DNA of 24,592 bases. Source: Bifidobacteriaceae bacterium (GTDB lineage Bacteria > Actinomycetota > Actinomycetes > Actinomycetales > WQXJ01). Every line of letters starts with the position of its first letter. Positions within the stretch are counted from its first letter, which is position 1. Shown in pieces: positions 1-7,672 of this stretch. The notes beneath the pieces were generated by a model. The model was not told the origin of the DNA. It worked only from the letters and a program-made list of their open reading frames with translations, and searched no databases. A program made the position numbers and the translations under genes. The DNA lies in NCBI GenBank assembly GCA_031255075.1, contig JAIRTF010000182.1, positions 1-24,592 on the forward strand, in the 5' to 3' direction.

Positions 1-878
1 TAGGTGTACCAAGCCCCGGACTTGCGAACCAAGCCCTGATCCACACCCAGGTCAATCAGGCCACCCTCACGGGAAATGCCCTGGCCGTAGAGAATGTCAA
101 ACTCAGCCTGTTTGAACGGCGCCGCCACCTTGTTCTTGACCACCTTGACACGGGTCCGGTTACCGACCGGTTCAGTCCCCTCCTTGAGGGTCTCAATCCG
201 CCGCACATCCAACCGAACCGAAGCGTAGAACTTCAGCGCCTTGCCGCCGGTGGTGGTCTCCGGTGAACCGAAGAACACGCCAACCTTTTCCCGCAACTGG
301 TTGATGAACACAGCCGTGGTGCCAGAGACCGCCAAAGCGCCGGTCATTTTGCGCATCGCTTGGGACATCAGCCGGGCTTGGAGACCCACATGGGAATCCC
401 CCATCTCGCCTTCAATCTCCGCCCGGGGCACCAGGGCAGCCACCGAGTCAATCACCACGATGTCCAAAGCCCCAGAGCGCACCAGCATGTCAGCGATCTC
501 CAAGGCCTGCTCACCGGTGTCCGGCTGGGAAACCAGCAGATCATCAGTGTTGACACCAAGTCTGCGGGCATAGTCCGGGTCCAGGGCATGTTCCGCATCG
601 ATGAACGCCGCCACACCGCCGCCCTTCTGGGCGTTGGCCACCGCATGCAACGCGACCGTGGTCTTGCCGGACGCCTCCGGGCCGTAGATCTCAACGATCC
701 GGCCGCGTGGCAGTCCGCCAATCCCTAGCGCCACGTCCAACGCGATTGAGCCAGTCGGGATCACCTCTACAGCAGCGTGGGTTTGGTCACCCAGCCGCAT
801 GATTGATCCCTTGCCATATTGGCGGTCTATCTGCGCCAACGCGCTGGCCAGAGCGCTGGCCTTGTCCATCTGCGCCAT
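1..878 (-). CDS. recA: Recombinase RecA (3' end runs off the window)
   Basis: Manual minus-strand translation from ATG 878 (AAGGAG upstream): [30 protein letters not shown]...[20 protein letters not shown] (Walker A)...IDAEHALDP...[34 protein letters not shown]...[34 protein letters not shown]. Absent from the ORF track because its stop lies outside the window. Confidence 0.99.
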   Translation of the reverse strand, partial: MAQMDKASALASALAQIDRQYGKGSIMRLGDQTHAAVEVIPTGSIALDVALGIGGLPRGRIVEIYGPEASGKTTVALHAVANAQKGGGVAAFIDAEHALDPDYARRLGVNTDDLLVSQPDTGEQALEIADMLVRSGALDIVVIDSVAALVPRAEIEGEMGDSHVGLQARLMSQAMRKMTGALAVSGTTAVFINQLREKVGVFFGSPETTTGGKALKFYASVRLDVRRIETLKEGTEPVGNRTRVKVVKNKVAAPFKQAEFDILYGQGISREGGLIDLGVDQGLVRKSGAWYT

Positions 879-996
879 CTGTTGCTCCTTACTTCGGCTG
901 AGCCCGCGTCTGCGGGACCTATTCAGGCTAGCCCCGACCTCTGTCACCGTAAGGCGCAACTCGCTTGCCCTGGGGAAAACCGCCAGGCGGAGGCTG

Positions 997-1680
997 TCAG
1001 ATGGAGCCGTCGGAGCGCCGTGCCTGGGTCCGCACCATGACCTCCAACAGGTAGGCCTGGTCAGCCGATTCAGCCTGGTGGATGCCATCTTGGGCCAAGT
1101 CTTGCGCCACAATCGCGCCAACAGCGTGGGCGGCGGCGCTAACCGCCAAGGTTCCGGCTTCATAAATCTGGTCGCGCACATCAAACGCCGTGCGGCTGGC
1201 AAGCGCTACGCGGGCAGTCATCCGCGCCACCCAGTCCATTTCGAAGCCGCAGGCCGGATGGGCCGCCAAGGCCAGTAGCGATTGAGCTGAAGCCAGTGCG
1301 GCTTCCAGGGAATCAACGCGCCGGCGCAGAGCCGTGCAGGCCTTCTCTGCCGCCATCGATTCGGCGTCGGCTGCGGCGGCTGCGGCTGTCAAAACCCGGT
1401 CGAAGACATTTCTGGCTTCCTCTAACCGGCCTTGATCGGCCAAATCGCCAATGTTTATGGCTACTTGATCGGCATGCTCTCCCCAAGCCTGGGCGCGCCC
1501 GGCCGATAACTGAACTGCTTCTAACAAACTGCTTGCTTCGCCCGCACCTAGCTCAGCTGCGGGTGGTGCATAGCACGCGAGTAAGGCCTCTTGAGCCCGC
1601 GCGAGCCGCCAATCGATGGATTGTTCAAGGCGGTCGCGCAACTCGTTGTGTGGTGAGTCGTCCAACTCCTCCGGGGTCAT
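997..1680 (-). CDS. Hypothetical Ala-rich, probably all-helical protein (227 aa)
   Basis: C-terminal part of the 313-aa ORF. GAGGAG lies 9 nt before ATG 1680 ([20 protein letters not shown]...). The longer ORF would overlap tRNA-Gly. No recognised motif. Confidence 0.7.
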   Translation of the reverse strand: MTPEELDDSPHNELRDRLEQSIDWRLARAQEALLACYAPPAAELGAGEASSLLEAVQLSAGRAQAWGEHADQVAINIGDLADQGRLEEARNVFDRVLTAAAAAADAESMAAEKACTALRRRVDSLEAALASAQSLLALAAHPACGFEMDWVARMTARVALASRTAFDVRDQIYEAGTLAVSAAAHAVGAIVAQDLAQDGIHQAESADQAYLLEVMVRTQARRSDGSI

Positions 1681-1923
1681 ATGGTTTTTCTCCTCTAGTG
1701 GTTTCAGCTTGTGGCTTACGTAGAGGCCAACTCGCGTCTTTGGCGGATTATTCCCGCGGCCGAATGTTTTCTTGAAGACTTTTTCTGGCGGCCTGTTCTG
1801 GGAGCGCAGCCCCACCCGGCGCCCAGCCCAGTGGAGCCTTCTGTCACGGCCTATGGGAGCCGCGGCGCGGCATCGAGCACCGAGGCAGGTAAGATGCATT
1901 AGCCCGCTCCGCTGGACGGGCGC

Positions 1924-1994
1924 GCGGGCGTAGCTCAATGGTAGAGTCCTAGCCTTCCAAGCTAGCTACGCGGGTTCGATTCCCGTCGCCCGCT
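1924..1994 (+). tRNA. tRNA-Gly(TCC)
   Basis: Acceptor stem GCGGGCG/CGCCCGC, D arm TAGCTCAATGGTAGAG, anticodon stem CTAGC/GCTAG with loop CT-TCC-AA, T loop GGTTCGATTCC. CCA not encoded. Confidence 0.97.
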
Positions 1995-2054
1995 CTGGCG
2001 CACGATGCCGCTCGGGCCGTAACCAAAGCCCGCGGCGTTCGCTTGGGCCATCCA

Positions 2055-2128
2055 CGGGATGTGGCGCAGTTTGGTAGCGCACCTGCTTTGGGAGCAGGGG
2101 GCCCCGGGTTCAAATCCCGGCATCCCGA
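2055..2128 (+). tRNA. tRNA-Pro(TGG)
   Basis: Acceptor stem CGGGATG/CATCCCG, D arm TGGCGCAGTTTGGTAGCGC, anticodon stem CCTGC/GCAGG with loop TT-TGG-GA, T loop GGTTCAAATCC. Confidence 0.97.
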
Positions 2129-2359
2129 CAGATTCGACGGTGAAGTCCCTGGTCAGGGCGGCTGCCCCCTAGCGAAGGAGGTGCCGGGATTTGAGCAAGT
2201 CATCAAATAGTCATCACTATGGGTCCATGAAGGGGTGCCCCTGACGGGGCTCCTCCGGCCGGTGGCAGGGGTTTGCGGTCAACTGAGGGTACCGCGCGGC
2301 AACACCCCGATGCGCCCAGTGGGCTCACCCCGCCTACATAGCGTGGGTACGCTGGGTTC

Positions 2360-2638
2360 ATGACAACGCTCAACGTGAAAATGCGGGACTCAGACAAGGC
2401 CATCATCCAAGAGGCCGCCCGCAACGCGGGCATTACCGCGTCCGCGCTGATGGTCAACGCCTCGCTGCAAGCCATCCGCCAAGGCTCGCTCACCGTGGAA
2501 CTCGGCGTGGCGCCATCGGCCGCGCTGCGGAATGCGCTGGACTCACCCCGCAGCAGTGACGCATCCTTCGACACTGGAACGCCCGAGGAAGCGGCTGCCA
2601 TGGGTGACTACCTGAACCGGCTCGTCAATGCGGATTGA
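2360..2638 (+). CDS. Ribbon-helix-helix-like protein (antitoxin/DUF1778/CopG-like), 92 aa
   Basis: N-terminus MTTLNVKMRDSDKAIIQEAARNAGITASALM has the alternating beta-strand then helix-helix pattern of RHH proteins. Overlaps the next ORF by 11 nt. Confidence 0.6.
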   Translation: MTTLNVKMRDSDKAIIQEAARNAGITASALMVNASLQAIRQGSLTVELGVAPSAALRNALDSPRSSDASFDTGTPEEAAAMGDYLNRLVNAD

Positions 2639-2795
2639 CTACGCCAAAGCGGTCGAGGAGGCGCTGGCCAAGCTCCGCCCTGCCCAACGCCGGCCCGACT
2701 GGCTGACCCCAATCTGGCAACGCCTTGGCGCGCGGTGGAAGGAGCTTAGAACCCCCCCAGTTCCGCCTGCGGGAGTTGGCCTGCATTACATGTGA
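2628..2795 (+). CDS. Small hypothetical protein (55 aa), possible degenerate RelE/ParE-like toxin
   Basis: Manual translation MRIDYAKAVEEALAKLRPAQRRPDWLTPIWQRLGARWKELRTPPVPPAGVGLHYM. The start overlaps the RHH gene; the TGA overlaps the GTG of the next ORF (GTGA). Below the ORF-track cutoff. Confidence 0.4.
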   Translation: MRIDYAKAVEEALAKLRPAQRRPDWLTPIWQRLGARWKELRTPPVPPAGVGLHYM

Positions 2796-3004
2796 TCTTG
2801 GTCACAGCTTTCGCGCTGGGCCTACTTTCACGCTGGTCTGCCAAATGCCTCGGCGCGGCTGTGACCAGGCAATATGTGGCTCATTTGGCCTCCGGTGCGC
2901 CCGCCGATGGCTCTTCTGCTGGCCGGCCTGCTGGCCGGCGACACCCGGCCGCCGCCGCATACTTGATAGCACGGCGTACACCCCAAGCGGTCATCGCTGC
3001 ATAG
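2792..3004 (+). CDS. Small hypothetical protein (70 aa), hydrophobic N-terminus
   Basis: GTG start coupled to the previous stop (GTGA). No recognised motif. Confidence 0.3.
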   Translation: MILVTAFALGLLSRWSAKCLGAAVTRQYVAHLASGAPADGSSAGRPAGRRHPAAAAYLIARRTPQAVIAA

Positions 3005-3175
3005 GTAATTCAAACGCTAAGGAGTCTCGAGACCCAGAAGGCGGGCGCAGTCGCTCGCGGGAATCATGTTGGACGCGCGTCGATTCATCGGGCCGGTGAT
3101 GACGCCGCCCCAACTCTGGGCGCGTCACCACATGGCAGGAGAGTCTTAGGAGCATTGGTTGAGGGTTTGACTTAG

Positions 3176-5149
3176 ATGTATATGAAGCGCAATGTCGCTG
3201 TGGCGACGCTCATGTTTGGGTTGGCGGCTGTCATGACTGGCTTGGTTTGCGAGCTGGCCGACAGGCAGTTTCCCTTGTGGTTGGGGGCCTCGCGAGGCGT
3301 TAGCCTCGACTTTGAGCACGCTTCCGTCGATGGGCCCCAAGCCCTGAACGAGCTCGCGGCGGCTAGTCGGGACTTCGACCTTGGCTTGGTGCGCGTGGCA
3401 CCTGAGCTCGATGGCGACAAGCCGGGCGACGTGCTGGTGGCGCTCGAAGAACCTACCCAGCTGCCGCCGACGATACCTAGGTTCGGACGCCAGTCCGAGG
3501 CGCGTTCTGCGGACACATCCTATTTGGAGGATTCCCCGCCAGACGGCCGCTACCTAATCCTGGGCTCTGGGGCGGACGTTGGTGGGTTCACCGACTGGCT
3601 GGAGGATCGCGGCATCGCCCAAACGTGGTCGGAACTGTCACCGATGAACACCGTGCGAACCGTCGTTACCCAGCCGGCGTTCCGGGCGGCCTTGACCGCC
3701 ATCGCGCTCCTCATGGTGGTCGCTTCGTTGGGCTGGTACTGCTCGCGTGCGCGAGGCCGCGCGCTGCGTGTGCTGGGCGGCGCGCCCGCGCTGCGCGTCC
3801 ACTTTGAGGACGTCTCACTCCTGGCATGGGCCACCGCTGGGGGCGGCGTGGTGGCTGTGGTGATGGCCGCCGGCGTGGTGACGCTCACCCAAGGTCCGGG
3901 GTTCGTGCTGCCTTACCTGCGCATCCTGGCGCCTTTGGCGGCGTTGCTCCTGCTCGCAGCCCTTGTGGTGGCATGCGCGGCATCGCTCATTGCGCGCCCT
4001 CGTCCGGATCTGGTGGGCCGCCGCATACCAGCCACCCTGCCCCTTGGCAGGCCTGCCGCCGTGGTAATGGTGGCCGCGCTGGCAGTGACACTATTCTCGG
4101 TGGCGCCCAGTTGGTCGACCTTACAGGCGCAGCGCGACACAGCCCGCACCCTCGGCCAATGGGAACTGCTGTCCGAGCAGACCGCGCTCGTGTTCGGGCC
4201 CAACGTATCCGAGACCGACTTCGACGATATGAAGCCATCCATCAGGGCTCTGACGCTAGACGCGCAACTCGACGGAGTGGCGGCGCTGTCGATGCTGCAG
4301 TCGGCAGAGTATCTCGACAGAAACGAAATCAACCACGACGGCTTCGACGGGGTCGCCGTCGTCAACCCTTTGTGGCTCGGAATGATCGGGCTGGACCCAG
4401 CGGATCCTGACAGCGGCTTGCGGGTCGTTGACCGCGCGGAGATGCCTGGTCCACTGTCTGATTCGTTGGCCGCTGACTTGGAAGTGTGGATGGACCAGGC
4501 CCCGGCTGGCGCGGGCCTCCCCGAAGGCATGCGTCTGCTGGCCCCCACCGGCGACCAGGCGTTGCCGATGATCGAGATGGGATCAGGCGGCACGGTCGCG
4601 TTTGTGTCCCATCCTCTGCTGGTCGTTGTCGAGGATCTCGACGTGTTCACCTCGGGCTTCTTGATCTCGACCGCTTCGAGCGCCAACTTGACTGTGGTGG
4701 GGCTTGAGCGGACGCGCGAGCTGATCAGGGCGGCGGGGATCAGCGGCATCGTCCGGCCCGAACGATTGGCGGAAGGAGGCGTCATGGCGGCGCGCTACAG
4801 CGCTGCGTTCGCATGGGTGCAAGGCGCAGCCTTGGTGGCCCTTATTGCCGGCCTCGTTGCGGCGCAGATCGTCAACGCCCGCGTGGTGGCCACCCGCAAC
4901 GCGCGCCGCGACTACCCGATGAGGCTCGACGGCGCGTCATGGTTACGTATCCGAGCCCGGCGCCTCGCAGCGGAAACCACCGTCTGCGGCCTGGTGGCGC
5001 TGGCCGCCGCCGCGGTCGCGTTCCGCCGGGATCAGCCGGGCTTTCTCATCGTCCTGGCGGTGGCAGCCGCCGCAGCGCTGGCCGGCGCCGCGGCGCATCT
5101 AGCCGCTTCCGAAAATGCCTTCAAAGCGGTCAGCCGCCGCGAACTCTAG
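3176..5149 (+). CDS. Large integral membrane protein, bacteriocin-associated (lactococcin 972/DUF1430-like) ABC permease type
   Basis: 657 aa: N-terminal hydrophobic segment, extracytoplasmic domain, about 4 TM helices, second soluble domain, 3-4 C-terminal TM helices. Immediately upstream of a short ABC ATPase. The family call rests on architecture and context only. Confidence 0.6.
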   Translation: MYMKRNVAVATLMFGLAAVMTGLVCELADRQFPLWLGASRGVSLDFEHASVDGPQALNELAAASRDFDLGLVRVAPELDGDKPGDVLVALEEPTQLPPTIPRFGRQSEARSADTSYLEDSPPDGRYLILGSGADVGGFTDWLEDRGIAQTWSELSPMNTVRTVVTQPAFRAALTAIALLMVVASLGWYCSRARGRALRVLGGAPALRVHFEDVSLLAWATAGGGVVAVVMAAGVVTLTQGPGFVLPYLRILAPLAALLLLAALVVACAASLIARPRPDLVGRRIPATLPLGRPAAVVMVAALAVTLFSVAPSWSTLQAQRDTARTLGQWELLSEQTALVFGPNVSETDFDDMKPSIRALTLDAQLDGVAALSMLQSAEYLDRNEINHDGFDGVAVVNPLWLGMIGLDPADPDSGLRVVDRAEMPGPLSDSLAADLEVWMDQAPAGAGLPEGMRLLAPTGDQALPMIEMGSGGTVAFVSHPLLVVVEDLDVFTSGFLISTASSANLTVVGLERTRELIRAAGISGIVRPERLAEGGVMAARYSAAFAWVQGAALVALIAGLVAAQIVNARVVATRNARRDYPMRLDGASWLRIRARRLAAETTVCGLVALAAAAVAFRRDQPGFLIVLAVAAAAALAGAAAHLAASENAFKAVSRREL

Positions 5150-5168
5150 ATACGAGGAGGACACGCAA

Positions 5169-5810
5169 ATGCGCGTCGACTGCAATGACTTGTCCGTCAC
5201 AATCGACGGCCGAACGATCTTCGGGGGCGTCACTGTCTCCTGCCCGCCCGGCACGCTGACGGCGCTCGCGGGACCGAGCGGCAGCGGGAAGACCACCCTT
5301 CTGCAGACGTTGGGGCTGCTCGTCCATCCCGGCGCCGGCGATTTGCTCATCGAAGGCGTGCGAGCCAACGATTGGACCAGTCGTAGGCGCCGCGGGTTCT
5401 GGCGTCAGCACGCAGGGTTCCTCCTCCAAGACAGCGGGATCATTGAAGACGAATCTGTGGAGTTCAACGTCACTTTGTCGGTCGGGCTTATGGGCCGACG
5501 CGCGGGCGGCAACCTAGGAAAGGCCCAAGCGGCCCTGCGCTCTGTCGGGATCGGGGAGCGCCAGCGCGAGTTGGCCTCCCACCTCAGCGGAGGAGAGAAG
5601 CAGCGGCTCGGAGTCGCCCGCGCCATCTATAAGAACGCCGCAGTCTTGTTCGCGGACGAGCCCACCGCCTCCCTCGACCCTGCCAACCAAGGCAATGTCA
5701 TTGAGCTGTTGCGCGGTCGCGCCGAGGCGGGCGGCACAGTCATCGTGGCGACCCACGACATAGACCTCATCAGCACTGCAGACGCGGTCGTCACCCTCCC
5801 CGCCAGATAG
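5169..5810 (+). CDS. ABC transporter ATP-binding protein (LolD/MacB-like; lactococcin-972-group exporter type)
   Basis: GAGGAGG RBS before ATG 5169. Walker A GPSGSGKTT, signature LSGGEKQR, Walker B FADEPTASLD, H-loop ATHD. Confidence 0.93.
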   Translation: MRVDCNDLSVTIDGRTIFGGVTVSCPPGTLTALAGPSGSGKTTLLQTLGLLVHPGAGDLLIEGVRANDWTSRRRRGFWRQHAGFLLQDSGIIEDESVEFNVTLSVGLMGRRAGGNLGKAQAALRSVGIGERQRELASHLSGGEKQRLGVARAIYKNAAVLFADEPTASLDPANQGNVIELLRGRAEAGGTVIVATHDIDLISTADAVVTLPAR

Positions 5811-6031
5811 GCGATCCGCCCGGACCCCGCAGTCCTCTCCCCCACCGCCAGGGCGACACCAGCACACCGGGACGGCAGCGAGTTCGAACTGCTAGCGGGC
5901 GTATTGGCGACCCCTGCCTGGCTTGTTCCACCAAATGGGACGAACCTTGCCTGGGCGGCGGCGCCGCAGACGAAGGCGGAATGGGCGGGTAGCGCGAAGG
6001 GATGCCGGGGTGCTCCGGGTAGGACCTCAAT

Positions 6032-6053
6032 TGCGGAAATGCGTAGTTCCGCA
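6032..6053. promoter_or_regulatory. Inverted repeat TGCGGAA-N8-TTCCGCA, candidate operator of the RHH gene
   Basis: Perfect 7-bp inverted repeat ending 4 nt before ATG 6058. Confidence 0.45.
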
Positions 6054-6057
6054 TGTC

Positions 6058-6342
6058 ATGAGAACTGTGACTCATGTTGTGCCAGTGCGTGGCGAGACAA
6101 CCCGACTTACCGTTGACCTGCCAGATGGCGACTACCAGATGCTCCAGCTGGTGGCAGCATCTTCTGGAAAGGGCGTAACCATCTCATCGCTAGTGCGCCA
6201 GATGGTTCATGACTACCTCGAAAAGGCGCAAGATGAGGCCGACCTCGCGCTCGTGGCAGAGCGACGCCAAGACCTTAGACCGCTGATACCCGGAGCCCAA
6301 GCCCGTGCTCGGTTCGCCGCCGCCCGCCGGGCGAAGGTATGA
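6058..6342 (+). CDS. Ribbon-helix-helix/CopG-like antitoxin-type protein (94 aa from ATG 6058; start uncertain)
   Basis: TTRLTVDLPDGDYQMLQLVAASSGKGVTISSLVRQMVHDYLE is RHH-like. The acidic DEADLALVAERR tail resembles RelE-partner antitoxins. The stop overlaps an ATG (ATGA). Confidence 0.65.
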   Translation: MRTVTHVVPVRGETTRLTVDLPDGDYQMLQLVAASSGKGVTISSLVRQMVHDYLEKAQDEADLALVAERRQDLRPLIPGAQARARFAAARRAKV

Positions 6343-6413
6343 CTGATCACCGCGCTTTCAGGCGTGAAGTTGGCCACCCTAATGGAGCCAAAGGGGAAGC
6401 TGACAGCGGATGA
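6339..6413 (+). pseudogene. 24-aa ORF coupled to the RHH gene; possible truncated toxin remnant
   Basis: ATGA overlap with the RHH stop. Translation MTDHRAFRREVGHPNGAKGEADSG, far too short for a RelE-type toxin. Confidence 0.25.
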
Positions 6414-6419
6414 CTGGAG

Positions 6420-6450
6420 TTGACTTCGGGTAGACGGACCTGCCTATTAT
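6420..6450 (+). promoter_or_regulatory. Candidate housekeeping-sigma promoter TTGACT-N19-TATTAT
   Basis: Near-consensus -35 (6420-6425) and -10 (6445-6450) separated by 19 nt, about 47 nt upstream of ATG 6498. Confidence 0.5.
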
Positions 6451-6497
6451 GGCGGCACCTCCCCCTGAACCTACCGTTCAGCGGTTGAGAGGTGCGC

Positions 6498-7355
6498 ATG
6501 GCCAGCAGGCGAGCGGTCCGCATTGGATTGGCGGTGCTGTTGACGCTAGAGATCGCACTGCTGGCAAGCGGGCGGCTGGCTCCGCGGGCCGGTCTGGCGG
6601 CGATTATCGCCACTGAGGCTACAGCTGTGGGGATGATTGCACTGATCATGATCCCAGCGGTGCGAGAGATAGTTCGGTTGACCAGGTCCGGCGAGCGTCT
6701 GACCGAAGCAACAAGGAAGTCACTAGCCGGACGCATGCCAAAGCCGCTGGTAAGGCTGGCAACCAGCGAACTGGGGATTTGGGCAGCGCTGATTCGTGTT
6801 CTCCGTCGGTCACCCGCGGTCCCGGCAGAGAGCACGCGGCTTGCCTATGCGACGGACCTCAAACCGGTCGTGGCGGTCTGCTTCGTCTTGGGCCTGGTTG
6901 AGATCGCGGTGACAGCCTTCGTGGTGCCTTGGATAATGCTGCGGATCGTTCTGCTGGTGGCTGGGGCATACGCGCTGGTCTGGGTTGCGGGATTCCTGGC
7001 CGCCGCCACGGTATATCCGCACTACGTTGCGCCCGGGGTTCTGATCTTGCGGTTTGCGCACCTCCACCAGGTGACAGTGCCATTGAGCGCCATCGGCACG
7101 GTCCGAATTGGGCTGAAGGCCGCGCCGTCCCGGCAGACGCTGTCGGTCGAAAACCAGATCCTGACATTGGCCGTCATGGGTTCGACCAACGTACAAGTCG
7201 ATCTGGCCGCGCCTGGAATCGAGGTCGCCGGCGCGCCAGTCAGCACCATACGGTTCGCCTGTGACGATCCAGCCACAGCAGCGGCCGCGCTTAGTGCGGT
7301 CGCGGAGCGCGGTGACCCTAAGAGCCGCAGCGGAGACTTAGGCGCGTCAAAGTGA
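6498..7355 (+). CDS. Actinobacterial membrane protein with C-terminal soluble (bPH-like) domain
   Basis: GAGAGG RBS before ATG 6498. About 4 hydrophobic helices, then YPHYVAPGVLILRFAHLHQVTVPLSAIGTVR, a pattern I recall from uncharacterised actinobacterial membrane proteins. Confidence 0.75.
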   Translation: MASRRAVRIGLAVLLTLEIALLASGRLAPRAGLAAIIATEATAVGMIALIMIPAVREIVRLTRSGERLTEATRKSLAGRMPKPLVRLATSELGIWAALIRVLRRSPAVPAESTRLAYATDLKPVVAVCFVLGLVEIAVTAFVVPWIMLRIVLLVAGAYALVWVAGFLAAATVYPHYVAPGVLILRFAHLHQVTVPLSAIGTVRIGLKAAPSRQTLSVENQILTLAVMGSTNVQVDLAAPGIEVAGAPVSTIRFACDDPATAAAALSAVAERGDPKSRSGDLGASK

Positions 7356-7400
7356 CAAGTTAATGGCGGCGGCCCACAAAACTGTCAGTCGGTCGGGGGA

Positions 7401-7491
7401 TCGGCTTGGGTGGTCGGCTTGGGTGGCGGGCTTGGGTGGCGGGCTTGGGTGGCCGGCCTGGGTGGTCGGCTTGGGTGGCTGGCTTGGGGGG
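7401..7491 (+). repeat. Intergenic tandem repeat, 7 x 13 bp, consensus YNGGCTTGGGTGG
   Basis: Units: TCGGCTTGGGTGG x2, CGGGCTTGGGTGG x2, CCGGCCTGGGTGG, TCGGCTTGGGTGG, CTGGCTTGGGGGG. Confidence 0.95.
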
Positions 7492-7672
7492 CTGGGTTCG
7501 ATTCGCGCTGGGTGGGCGTATTGGAACGCTCGGGGCTGGGCCATACCGGCCTTAGGGGTTGGGTCTTACGGGGGCCTGTGGTGGGGCCGGGCGGCCGATA
7601 GTGTGGGAGGCAAATCCGAATCGCGCTGGGGGCTCCCATGCGCAGACCGCCCCCCACAAAGGAGTAGGGACA

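Noticed and set aside
879-996. LexA/SOS box upstream of recA
   Set aside because: No TCGAAC-N4-GTTCGA match seen by eye. A degenerate site cannot be excluded.
241-1278. Plus-strand ORFs 241-573, 360-728, 799-1278, 819-1040
   Set aside because: Antisense shadows of recA and the upstream hypothetical gene; no motifs or RBS.
1681-1938. N-terminal 86 aa of the 313-aa ORF
   Set aside because: Overlaps tRNA-Gly; a clear SD supports ATG 1680.
5881-5890. Palindrome AGTTCGAACT as an SOS box or tRNA fragment
   Set aside because: Lacks the N4 spacer of the actinobacterial SOS box, and there is no surrounding cloverleaf.
7494-7504. GGGTTCGATTC, identical to the tRNA-Gly T-loop (1972-1982), as attR of the islet
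   Set aside because: Only 11 bp, the acceptor-stem 3' strand is missing, and intact tRNA-Pro lies between the copies. The position at the islet edge is suggestive but insufficient.
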